From assembly GCA_010015585.1 (NCBI GenBank), contig ML975195.1: a stretch of 33,734 nucleotides of DNA; one strand, given 5' to 3'. Positions within the stretch are counted from its first letter, which is position 1. Each line of letters starts with the position of its first letter. Below the pieces are notes generated by a model. The model was not told where the DNA came from and made no database searches. It saw only the letters and a program-made list of their open reading frames with translations. The position numbers and the translations under genes are program-made. This DNA is from Eremomyces bilateralis CBS 781.70 (lineage: Eukaryota). Shown here piece by piece: positions 1 through 10,371 of the stretch.

Positions 1-352
1 ATCACGTGTGCTTATCACGTGCCTTAAATTTGAAAATAAAAGAGGTATAGCGGCACCGCTTAATCAGCGGATTACAGCTGTCGAGCCTGATTTTCAGGTG
101 TTCCACATATTCCTGGCAGAAACCCTCCAATATGTGTGCAGTGTCTAGCTTGCTCTGAAGTCGAAGTACCTATCGTTTTGCTCTGCACGCAGGGGTGCCC
201 GGCACACAGGGAGGGAGGTTACTTGATAGGTAGAACGGCGCTAAACCGGAAGGGGAAGTGCGGCAGCACCCGTTATTCTGTTGTAGAAACACCTGTTGAC
301 ATCCATGGGTATAATTCTGCTTGTAATACAATGTATTCCCAACAACGTGACG

Positions 353-1450
353 ATGAGCATTCGAAAATTTTCATCGTTAAGGATCCTTCGCCATGAAAAT
401 CCATTGGTGAGAGTTCCGCATCTGTCGTCCTGATCGCCATATTGACCGTGTAAAGGGGCTTCCAAGCTCGCGCGCTCCGCCTCAGATCCCCCGAATGCAG
501 CGAGGACTGCCGCAAAAACGACGAATTCCAGACGTAAAGAAAGTCATTGTGGTCTCGTCAGCCAAAGGCGGCGTTGGGAAATCTACCATAGCCGGTGAAT
601 GCGACCGATAAAAAATTAAGCATCACGATGCTGACTTAGCCGTTAGCAAACCTTGCTCTGGCATTTGCTCGAAGAGGTTTACGGACGGGGATTCTAGACA
701 CCGATATATTTGGTCCCTCGATCCCTACGCTCTTCAACATCTCAGGAGAGCCACGGCTGTCCACCAGTACGGCAACCCTTCCACAGTGTACCCTACGAAT
801 GCTCATCTCCTGCAGACAACCAACTAATTCCCCTTTCGAATTATGGAGTAAAATCCATGTCGATGGGCTACCTCGTTGGAGAAGATGCACCAGTCGTCTG
901 GCGTGGGCTCATGGTCATGAAAGCATTGCAGCAACTGCTCCATGAAGTCGAGTGGGGCGGACTAGACCTGCTCGTCCTTGACCTTCCGCCAGGGACAGGA
1001 GATGTCCAATTGACAATTTCACAGCAAGTGGAAGTGGATGGTAAGCGCATTCAACTTGAATCTGGCATCTGTGCGCTAACAGATGATTCCCCTCCAGGAG
1101 CTGTCATCGTCTCAACACCTCAGACATTGTCCGCTCTCGACGCCATCAAAGGCGTCAACATGTTCGGCAAGGTCAACGTCCCCATCCTTGGTCTCATCCA
1201 GAACATGTCCGTCTTCATCTGCCCCCACTGCTCCGAGAGCACCCATATATTTGGGTCGGGGCCGCTTGAGAAGAAATGTCGAGAGCTCAACCTTCCCCTG
1301 CTCGGTGATATCCCTCTCGACGGCAGGATTTGTGAGGATGCGGATCGTGGGATGCCGACTGTGGTGGCGGATCCTAAAGGTGTCAGAGCCCAGGCTTTTG
1401 GGCAGATTGCACAAAATATTGGGGAATTAATAGGACTGGATGTGAAATAA
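353..1450 (+). CDS. IND1: Mrp/Nbp35-family mitochondrial Fe-S P-loop NTPase (Ind1/NUBPL-like), 5 exons: 353-406, 456-594, 647-766, 816-1040, 1098-1450; 296 aa
   Basis: Manual splicing gives [21 protein letters not shown]... (mitochondrial-type presequence), deviant Walker [31 protein letters not shown] and C-terminal CPHC. All introns are GT..AG and the exon total (891 nt) is divisible by 3. Confidence 0.92.
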
Positions 1451-1704
1451 TTAAAAGAGGTGGAATACCTTGTAATATAGGTGTCATTTTTTTGGTGTTG
1501 TAATTACTAACCAGTACCATGGGGAATGAAATGTGTGGATTTTACCTATCAAGACATCCGACATCGATTTCTCCTTCTTCTCTCCTTCTTGTTAATTGCT
1601 GTTCCAGGATCCGCTGTTAACTATGAGTTCCACGCACATGTCGAAACTTTGAAAACGCGAGCAGAGGCCGATAGGCCGAACGCCGAGACGTGAAATGGGG
1701 ACCG

Positions 1705-2310
1705 TTAGGTCAAAGTTTGGTGTATGGAGTCTACCGGTAGCTTCCTAGGTGCTCTGCTAGTATTGCTGCGCCCCGGTCCATATCGGCAGCAATGCAACTC
1801 TCGCCAGCAGCGTAGGAGGTGTTCGACGAGCTCCCTCTGAACTTGGTCCCTAGATGGGCTACCATCCCACGGGAGAAGTGCGCGAATCGAGAGAGTATAT
1901 CTGTGCTCAGATGGCGGCCTGGCTCCAAGAAGAAGCTCCGCAGACACACAAGGTCCCTAAGCCTTCAAGCGTAAGGCACAGGGTTCGAAAGGGGGGGTTC
2001 GAAAGGGGGGGTTCGAAAAGGGGGGTTCGAAAAGGGGGGTTCGAAAAGGGGGGTTCGAAAAGGGGGGTTCGAAAAGGCGGAAGGGGTTGGGTCTCGTCGC
2101 GCCGCGGGAAGTGGTGGAAAAACCTCTTGCCACGAATGCTAGTTCACTAACCATGACATTCTAGTCTAGGCGGGCGAGATTCGAGAGGATGGCAGCGATG
2201 GCGCGAGGAAGGGTGGATGCCGACGAAAGGGCCGTGGACAAAGCGTCGTCTCGGGCAAGGGCATCGGAAATTGAGGAGCGGAATTCTCTCCTTGGCTAAC
2301 GATAAAGCAT
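1705..2310 (-). pseudogene. Possible decayed ORF (~200 codons) broken by three in-frame TAG codons and containing a minisatellite
   Basis: One frame runs from ATG 2310 to TAA 1705 with only TAG interruptions (2296-98, 2161-63, 1957-59). The translation looks protein-like but no family is recognised. Confidence 0.3.
1981..2075. repeat. 14-bp-period minisatellite, G6-7 TTCGAAA(A), 7 copies (first copy has only 3 G)
   Basis: TTCGAA cores begin at 1984, 1998, 2012, 2026, 2040, 2054 and 2068. Confidence 0.97.
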
Positions 2311-2554
2311 GATTTTCTAAAGCTGGCCGGACCGTGTTCAGATGATGATGGAGCTATGGTACCGGAACCCTATCCGAGAACCTCTCCTACCTGGGCAATC
2401 AGTCGAAACAGTGGAGTTCAGTCTCCTGGTAGCTTCAAGTCATCGCAATGTATTCTCCGGGCGAGATGAATGGCCCTGAAAGGAACCCCAGGCTTTGAAT
2501 ACTCGAAACTGCACCATATGATAGAGCCAACCTTAACTAGGGCTGAAGAACTCA

Positions 2555-4897
2555 TCAAGTGTACCCTTTCTTCATCAGCCTCTCAGCCGCTCTTTCAGCA
2601 ATTCCCTCATATTCCAGCATCTCTCCCAGCCGCCTGAGTTCTCCTTTCACGACCCGATACACCTCTCCCTTCTTCGCCTCCTCCTCCTCATCCTCACTAC
2701 TCTCGCTCTCCTCCTCATCTCCCACCCCAGCAACGTTTCTCGAGAAAGAAGAAATCGACTCCCCCTCCACTAAGGTCCGAATGAAGAACCGGTCATGGCT
2801 GACCACCACCAACGCCCCTTCATATGCCCTCAAAGCCTGCACCAGCGCCACGATCGTGTCGGAGTCCAAATGCGTCGTCACCTCATCTAGAACTAGTAGA
2901 TGCGGCGGATCGAACAACAACAGCGCGATCGCGACGCGCACCTTTTGCCCCCCGGAGAGCGCGAAGATCGGCACCTCCGCCGCGGACTTCCCCGACAGTC
3001 CCAAACTTCCCAGGATCTTCCGTCCTTTGACTTCGTCCACCACCCCGTCCGATACCTGGATGAGGTGGGCGAGCGCGGTGAGCTCGCGGTTCTGCTCGCC
3101 GAGGGCGGTGAGTTCCTCCGTCACGCGCTGCGAGTAGCGGCCGAACTTCGCGCGTGGGTGCCGGGTGATGGTCCCCTTGGTGGGTTTGACGTCCGTTTTC
3201 GTTTCCTCATTTTTCTCCATGATGAGGTTGACTAGGGTGGTCTTCCCGCTGCCGTTCAGTCCGACGATCCCCACACGCTCGCCGAGTCGCACTGTCAGGT
3301 TGACACCTTTTAGGACCTCTTTTCTCGGCTGCTTCCGGCCTTTCGACGGGTAGCTGAACTGCACCCCCTCAACCGCAACCAAAGCGCCCGGAAACCTCAA
3401 ATCGGGCACTTCGGTCTTGATGACGATCCGTGGCAAAAGATCGAACTTGGGTACTTCGATGCCGGCGCGATTCGACAGGTGGTATCCGGCGAGGTCTCGA
3501 TTTAGCTTGAAGCGGGTTCCTTTGGCACTGACCTCCAGTCCTGTCCGCTCTTCCATCTTCTTTTTCCGGCTGGCAGCCTGCCGTGCTTTCTTGTCATCGC
3601 CTTGTCTTCTTGCCGCTTTCATGCTGGACTCGATCGTGTCTTTCATGTGAGCCACTTGCTTTTCCTGGGCACCTTTCATTCGCGTCATCCATTTGGCGTA
3701 CTTGTGCCGTTGCATCTCGTACCCCGAAAGTGTCCCGCGGAACCGTTCCAGAGAGTTCTCCCGCATCATGAGCAGCTCTTCCGCAATGGCATCGGCAAAG
3801 GCGCGATCATGGGTTACCGCCAGGATGGTCGTTCCCTTGTCCTCGGAAACCGAGATCAAGTACTGTTGCAGCCAAATGATAGAAGGGAGGTCGAGGAAGT
3901 TAGTCGGTTCGTCGAGCAAGAGTACATCGGCCGGTTGAATGAGCGAGCAAGCAATCGAGGCTCTCGTCCGCCAGCCCCCTGAAAGATGGCCTAGAGGGGC
4001 ATCGATAACATCTTCCTTGAAACCAAGTCCAATCAAGATCTTGCGAGCCTGACCTGGAAGACTGGACGCATCCATGCTTTCCAGCTCCATCCGTACGCTC
4101 TCCAGCATTCCAAACGCATTGTCATGCGCGGAACCCATGTCTTCTTCGTTCGACGCTGGGTCATCCGTGGCGGCCTTTTCTGCCTCAGAAACCTCATTCT
4201 CTACTTGGATCAACTCCTTCCTGGCCTTTGCGCCTCGAGCACCGCTCCGCTTCTCTGCAACTCGCTTTGCTTCTTCAAGTTTTCGCTTCAATCTGTCGAG
4301 GTTGATTCGGCGGATGGCTTGTACCGCAGCAACCGGGTCCGCCGTTTCTTTTAGTGACGATGACAGAATAGCCTCTTCGTGAAGAAGGCGCTCTCGCCTA
4401 GCATCGCTGCGAACGACGTGGTCAAGGAGCGTCTCGGTGTCTTGTTTCACTCGGGATGGTGACAAGGCATCTGATGCAGACAAAGACAACTGAGCAGTAG
4501 CATCCTCCAATGGAGCCTCTTGTGGCGAAGCATCGCTTTGAGTTTGGCCTAGAAGTAGAATGCGAATGCTAGGGGGAATTCCTGGGATCAGACTGTCCGC
4601 CATGGCCCGTAAAAGCGCTGAAACAGTTCAGTCGCGCCCATATACCGCTGTCACGGCACATCGATGGAGATACACACTGCTTTTCCCAACTCCATTCCGC
4701 CCAGCCAGTACATATCGCCGGCCTTCCTTGAGAGAAAGTTCCGCATTCGTCAAGATCTCCTTCTGCCCGATGGAGATAGAGAGGGATTTGACTACCACAT
4801 CTTTCGAGGTCGGGTCGGATACTGCTTCGGTGTGAAACCGAGATTGCTGGGCAGTAACTTGAATCTGCTGTGGCTTTTGGTGCTCCTTTGTCCGCAT
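2555..4897 (-). CDS. ABC-F family (GCN20/ARB1-like) soluble tandem ATPase, 2 exons: 4897-4678, 4617-2555; 760 aa
   Basis: Two ABC cassettes: GRNGVGKS|T (across intron 4618-4677), LSGGW, LLLDEPTN, VTHDR; then GLNGSGKTT, LSGGQ, LVLDEVTTH, VSHDR. No transmembrane segments. Confidence 0.92.
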
Positions 4898-5403
4898 TGT
4901 GCTGTTTGAACTGTCTTCGGTCTGTTTTCAGTGGTGTTGAGAGGTGACGTGACGTGGAATGAGTAGGGTATGAAACCGATTAAAAGACTGTTAGGTTAAC
5001 TATAGTTAGGTATGTACTATCTAGGCGGTAAATGAACGTTTATGGGGACTTTAATGGCTTTAAAATCGTCGGATCACTGCTCTCTGCTGATCTCAAAGAG
5101 GTGTTTGGATTGGGTCACCGCAATAGCTGTATTGCCGGTTTCATTGGAACGTTATTGTTTAGGTTGGAGGGTTGTAGACATCAGGCATGTAATCGATACT
5201 CCCCTCACTTCAAGGCAACATCGACGATGACGGCATACCTTACGATATTATACCATACTAATGAAACCGATTGGCGAGACTGAATATTGAAGATGCGAGG
5301 GGCATTTACAGTATTCTCTCCCCATATCTATAGACCCTAAGAGTTTAGACCCAAGTTAACTGTCTCGAGTCCATATTACTTCCGGATAGTCGTCAGGGTC
5401 AAT

Positions 5404-5413
5404 ATTGGCCAAT
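5404..5413. promoter_or_regulatory. Palindromic back-to-back CCAAT boxes (ATTGGCCAAT) in a divergent intergenic region
   Basis: Exact 10-bp palindrome between the ABC-F start (4897) and the start at 5652. Confidence 0.35.
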
Positions 5414-5651
5414 CAAATCGTGGCATTTGGTGATGTCGCGCATTCGAGGAGCTTCGACTTCCATTCCACACTTCATTCGCATTTCAATTGCCAAAGCAGA
5501 ACCACAGCACCATAGATTGGTTGCATACTTGAGGAAGCAGACCGAAAGGATCAACTAAACTCCCAGCGTACCGTCCAAGTCGCGATCCCTAGGCGCATAC
5601 CACACCATGCGGAGGCACTCACTACGCGTGTAGTTGACACTCACCACAACT

Positions 5652-7537
5652 ATGTCCGACGTCGAATCCCCTGGATCTGCGCAGCCCTCCTCGACAGGTC
5701 CAAAGTACCCGGCGCCAAAAGACAAGCAATGTCCCTATTGCTACCAACTCTTCACCTCCTCCTCCCTCGGCCGCCACCTCGACCTGTACATCAAGCCGAA
5801 GAACGCCAAACCGCCGGACGGGAAGCACGATGTCGAGGAGATCAAACGGATACGGGGGCACATTACGCGTCGACAGCCGAAGTCCGGGCCGAAGAGAGCG
5901 CCTGGCTCGTCTCGTTATAATGACGTCTCGGCCGACATGTCCACCCCAGCCTTGCGCGTACCGGCGATGAATAGCATCGTATCCCAGACACAGGAGAATG
6001 GCACGTTGGAATTTCCCCGTGCCAGAGCTGTCCCGATGGCACCGCACACATACATACCCGCCGATACGACTGCGCACATGCAACAAGGCGAGACGCCCCA
6101 CGAGTCGACGAGCCCAACGCGGCCGGCCATGGGACAGAAGCTCCCTGAAATCTTTCGGCCAACGTGGTTGACGACAGGGGTGATTTCCGGACTGCCGCCG
6201 CGGCCGGTGAGCGCGTTTGAACATTCCTTGGCGCGTGGCCACGGGTCCGCGGGCGGGACAACGCTGCCGGCTGGGATGGAGAGGGATGTGAAGGAGCGAT
6301 TGAACGAGCATTTGGAGACGGGGGCGGCGGCGCAGAGGGCATTGAAGGAGATGTGGAATGTTTTGGAAGGATTGAAGTGCGTTTAGCTTATATTCCCGAT
6401 GCTACCAGGAACGGATCAGAAGGATGGACTAACAACATTCCCAGCCAACCGAAGCCTCCCGCGCATCCATTTCCCTTCGACCCCGTCTCCCACAACTTTC
6501 CCGGCCTGTGCCTCCGAATCCTGGAACCTCCACCGACGCTCTTCTCCGCGACGCCCTTTGCGATGTCGTCATCTTGCTCCATTAGTCCGCCCGGCCCGAA
6601 TCAATATGATGCGCTGGTTCGCACCGTCCGGGAACGCCTTGCGAACCATAGCGCATGGATGGAGAAATGGTGCATGCAAAAGTCAAGCGATTTGCCGAAT
6701 GCGAGGAACACGGCGACCGAATCGATGACACCGCAGGACAACCATCAAGGTCCTCATGTGACAGGTCCAGAGGCGGCCATAATCCTCGAGCATGTCGATG
6801 TCTCGTATGCACACTTCAGTTCGTTGTCATCGTACGACAAGTCGCAAGCGTGGCAAATCGAGCTGCTGCGCGCGTACTTCCAAACCTCATCCGAGCTCCA
6901 GACGACCCGGAAGGAATTAGATACCGCACGCGCTGAAATCGACGCTCTCCGAGATGGTTGGCTAGGTTTTGAACGCGAAGACAAGGACGGCGGCGGCGCG
7001 ATCCAACGGAGCGAGAGCAGCAAACAATGGAACCAAACCCGCCTCGAACGCGTCATGAAAAACGTCTCCGGCGCCGGCGGACTCTCGCCGCATGCCGCCG
7101 CATTCGCAACCCCCCAAAAGGCCAGCATGCGCAGCATTTCAGATGAAGTACATACGCGGCTCGGGATCAACCTGGGGCCGGGCGACAACCATGTGTCCGC
7201 GTTTGAGAAGCTGCTGCAGCGGTTTCGGGATATCATCCGCCAGGAAGAGCAGAGTAAACCGCGGGAACCGGAGCGGCGGGTGCTGGCGCCGACGCCACCG
7301 GTCGCTGCGCACCGAGTGGCTCCTGGGTACGGAGAGCCAGGGATATCTCCGCCGAAGCGGCAATCTGCGTGGATGAACTCGGATACGAATGGAACGCACT
7401 ATGATCCTATTGAGCGGGAGTTTCGGGCTCATCGGTTTAAGCGGACGCGGACTGGAGCGGACGGACAGGGGGGAGCACAAGACTCTGAGGATGAGGAAGA
7501 CTCTGAGGTCGAAGAACCGGAAGAGGAAGAGCATTAA
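5652..7537 (+). CDS. Fungal hypothetical protein with N-terminal C2H2-like finger and a coiled coil; 2 exons: 5652-6376, 6445-7537; 605 aa
   Basis: CPYCYQLFTSSSLGRHLDLYI..KH motif. Intron GTGCGT...ACTAAC...CAG (6377-6444) joins the two long ORFs in frame. Basic HRFKRTR followed by an acidic tail. Confidence 0.82.
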
Positions 7538-7642
7538 GAACACAGGATACTTACAAAAAGAATGCAAACTTCATTGAGACGATCAGACATAGGAGAGACG
7601 CCATGAAAGCAAAGACACGTCTATGCAACCACAGAAGTGCAG

Positions 7643-9070
7643 CTAGAGGAATAGACCGACGAAAGAGCAAACTCCGAGCAAGCTCCATTGCCACCAACCC
7701 AACACATTCAAGTTCCACCCGCTATTCACCACGGCAATCAGCTCCGTAGCATTCGCCGGCTCCGCCCTATTTCTATACTCGTCATAGATGGCCCTAACCC
7801 CAACCTCCTCCACCGTGGGCAGCCACCGAATGATCCCATTGAGCACGCTGTTCCCCTGCATCAGCTGGCGCCGATTGTACTGCTTCCCGGTGGTGGAGAG
7901 ATGGACGAGGCCGGCAGTGATAGGGGGACGTCCTTGCGACTCGGTGGATGGGAGGTCTTGAACGAATCCCGCCACTTTCGCATCGTCGGTGCCGTGCTTC
8001 AGCGGATCGTTGTGGACGGTGCCGGTGTTTGAGGTGGATGGATGAACCGCCAACATGTGTTCCCGGCCGATGGTCCCGGTTGAGCCAGCGTCGTGGGAGC
8101 CATGCTTCCGTGGATCGTCGTGAGAGCCGTGCTTTCGTGAATCATCGTGGATGATGCCACTCGCACTATTCGCGGACAATGGATGAACCGCCAGCACATT
8201 TTCCTGGAGAACCTTATTGATTGAACTATCGTCGTGAGAGCCGTGCTTTCGTGAATCATCGTGGACGATGCCACTCGCACTATTCGCGGACAATGGATGA
8301 ACCGCCAGCACATTTTCCTGGAGAACCTTATTGATTGAACTATCGTCGTGAGAGCCGTGCTTCCGTGGATCATCATGGACGATACCACTCGCACTATGCG
8401 AGAATGGATGAACGGCCAGCACGTTTTCGTGGCCGACAGTTTCGGTGGAGCAAATGTCATGGGAGCAGTGGTTTTGTGGATCATCGTGGACGATCCTACT
8501 CGCGCTGTTCGAGGAAAATGGATGAACGGCTAATACGTTTTCGTTGGCCGTGGTTGCAGCCGAGTCTGCGTCACCGTGGGTGGTCAAGGTCGAGTCATCG
8601 GCCAATGTGGCAACGAGTTGTCGGCGGTCTCCTGGTTCGTTCCGCCGGAAGATGGACCTGATGAAATCGTAGTTGAGCGGATCGGGAATCGCAGATGAGG
8701 ATTCACGTTTCGCCGGCGCTGGGTCATCTCGAGCCGTCAAGATAATCTGATGTCCCTTCTGCCACTTTCTAGCGATGCCTTTACGTGGGAACTTCAAGAA
8801 CATGGGCTGCTGGGCAACGTGTCGCTTGGTTTCGACGGTGATGATCCCGGACTCCCGATCCAGCGTCGCTCGTTCGTCCCCGTACGCGGCCTTCTGCGCG
8901 TTCAGGTAATTGACGTTCAGTACATTGCTCGCGCCTTGCCCGAGGCGTCCGAAGAAGTTTTTGACGATATCCACGGCGGGCCGGGGCGGGGGGTCGGAGT
9001 CATACTCAACGGGCGTGGCTTGAATTGTAGGGGATAACAGGAGGAGCGGAACTAGGAGTTCTTTATACAT
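7643..9070 (-). CDS. Secreted, probably GPI- or membrane-anchored protein with five His/Asp-rich ~38-aa tandem repeats; possible in-frame 66-nt intron at 8719-8784
   Basis: Signal peptide MYKELLVPLLLLSPTIQA; repeats ENVLAVHPxSxNSASGIVHDDxRKHGSHDD; KR/RR sites; C-terminal NSG followed by a hydrophobic tail. Confidence 0.85.
   Translation of the reverse strand: MYKELLVPLLLLSPTIQATPVEYDSDPPPRPAVDIVKNFFGRLGQGASNVLNVNYLNAQKAAYGDERATLDRESGIITVETKRHVAQQPMFLKFPRKGIARKWQKGHQIILTARDDPAPAKRESSSAIPDPLNYDFIRSIFRRNEPGDRRQLVATLADDSTLTTHGDADSAATTANENVLAVHPFSSNSASRIVHDDPQNHCSHDICSTETVGHENVLAVHPFSHSASGIVHDDPRKHGSHDDSSINKVLQENVLAVHPLSANSASGIVHDDSRKHGSHDDSSINKVLQENVLAVHPLSANSASGIIHDDSRKHGSHDDPRKHGSHDAGSTGTIGREHMLAVHPSTSNTGTVHNDPLKHGTDDAKVAGFVQDLPSTESQGRPPITAGLVHLSTTGKQYNRRQLMQGNSVLNGIIRWLPTVEEVGVRAIYDEYRNRAEPANATELIAVVNSGWNLNVLGWWQWSLLGVCSFVGLFL
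7980..8542 (-). repeat. Coding tandem repeat, 5 units, period 111-141 bp (canonical 114 bp)
   Basis: Unit starts (Glu codon) at 8542, 8428, 8317, 8203 and 8062. Units 3 and 4 are nearly identical over most of their length; unit 4 has an internal 27-bp duplication. Confidence 0.95.
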
Positions 9071-9970
9071 GTTGGAATTGGACTGTATGACTCGGATAGA
9101 GTATGGATATGGAAATACCGATTACGGCAGTGCTGGAAAGGTTAAGATACGGGGGACTCAGGCGTCGCCCAAAATGCAACCGGACCGAAGACTGCGACGG
9201 AACTGGGGAGGAATGAAGATAGGACAGAGCAAAAGATAGAGACATGGTTACGGTATGTGATGATTACCGGTATGGCAGAAAGAACCATGAGCCGAATGGA
9301 TGGATGCTCTTGCTCTTATCCAGCTGGCAGCAGTGTGATAAACCAGTGTGAAGTATGATTCTAGGAAGGTTCGAGGAACCTGCCATGGTGATATTTCTGG
9401 TTCATTACTTGAAGCGCTGAGCAAGTCTTGGAGCTTGCGCTGTCAGATCTGATGTTAATAGCGATACGTGGTTATTTCTATCTAATGTAGTTGTTGAGAA
9501 AATTGTGTGCCATGCTTGAGGTTGAATTGGATCATGACGATGCAACAGTTCTCGGCCTGCTAGAAGTTCGAATGGACAGGGGCTCTGCCTGCCGAGTTCC
9601 GGGCAAGCCTTATGCCCTTGTTGCCTTATCGGGACCCCCCGCCACGATCTGCGCTTACATTGGCTGGCAACGTGAGGACAAGGTTCCTTACTTTGATCGC
9701 ACCACCACTTCACCACCATCCTCACACCACCGATCCTCCTCCTCCCACCAGACCTATCATCACTCATCAAGAGATGCCAATTAACAATCCATGTCGGTTC
9801 CTGCTGCCGGCCATGGAGCCGAAATGTTGCACCTGGCACCACCATCACCTGAGTTGTGTCCTACTGTAGTCTGGGGGAGTGTAAGTCTTTTCGATGCCCG
9901 TCCACCTGATCGCCGCATCCGGAGCCGCGAAAAGGCTACGGAATGGGTCGATGGACGTTTCTACGTATGG

Positions 9971-9978
9971 TATATAAA
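9971..9978 (+). promoter_or_regulatory. TATA box (TATATAAA) upstream of the 75-aa ORF
   Basis: Canonical TATA followed by a CT/CA-rich leader and a strong start context CACAATGGC at 10144. Confidence 0.6.
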
Positions 9979-10143
9979 CCTCTCTCTACATGTCCGTGTA
10001 TTCAGCCTCTCCATCTCCACTCCAGTGTACAAACAAGCAACGTGACCATTCACCAAACAACGTCTCCTCTCAACTGTCACAACATATAATCAACCTCTCT
10101 CCTCACCCAAACCACCAACACACCCCCCTCCCCCCTACACACA

Positions 10144-10371
10144 ATGGCCTCAAGAACTCCCATCATGCGCCTCGTCGCTTCCGCCCGCTCCTACCTCACC
10201 GAAGCCCATCCCATGGCTCGCATGCCCGTCACCACCCGCGCCCACGCCCTCAACACCTCCAAATATTTCCGCCGCGCCGGCCGCACCACCGCCGCATTAC
10301 TCATCGCCATGCCCGTCCTCCTCGGCTGGCCGATCGCCGCCGCCTCCATGCTCAAACGAACCGGGATCTGA
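10144..10371 (+). CDS. 75-aa single-TM mitochondrial-type micropeptide (LGWP motif, possibly Cox26-like)
   Basis: Arg/Ser/Ala-rich N-terminus with almost no acidic residues, one C-terminal hydrophobic helix, C-ending codon bias, TATA box and good ATG context. Confidence 0.75.
   Translation: MASRTPIMRLVASARSYLTEAHPMARMPVTTRAHALNTSKYFRRAGRTTAALLIAMPVLLGWPIAAASMLKRTGI

Noticed and set aside
1981..2075. tRNA gene (GGTTCGA T-loop), telomere or heat-shock element
   Set aside because: No cloverleaf or A-box; the unit is not TTAGGG; TTCGAA lacks the TTCnnGAA spacing of an HSE.
7980..8542. CRISPR-like array
   Set aside because: Units are contiguous in-frame coding repeats with no unique spacers; the context is eukaryotic and there are no cas genes.
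9679..9684. ZafA-like CAAGGT site upstream of the His-rich gene
   Set aside because: A single hexamer in 1 kb is expected by chance.
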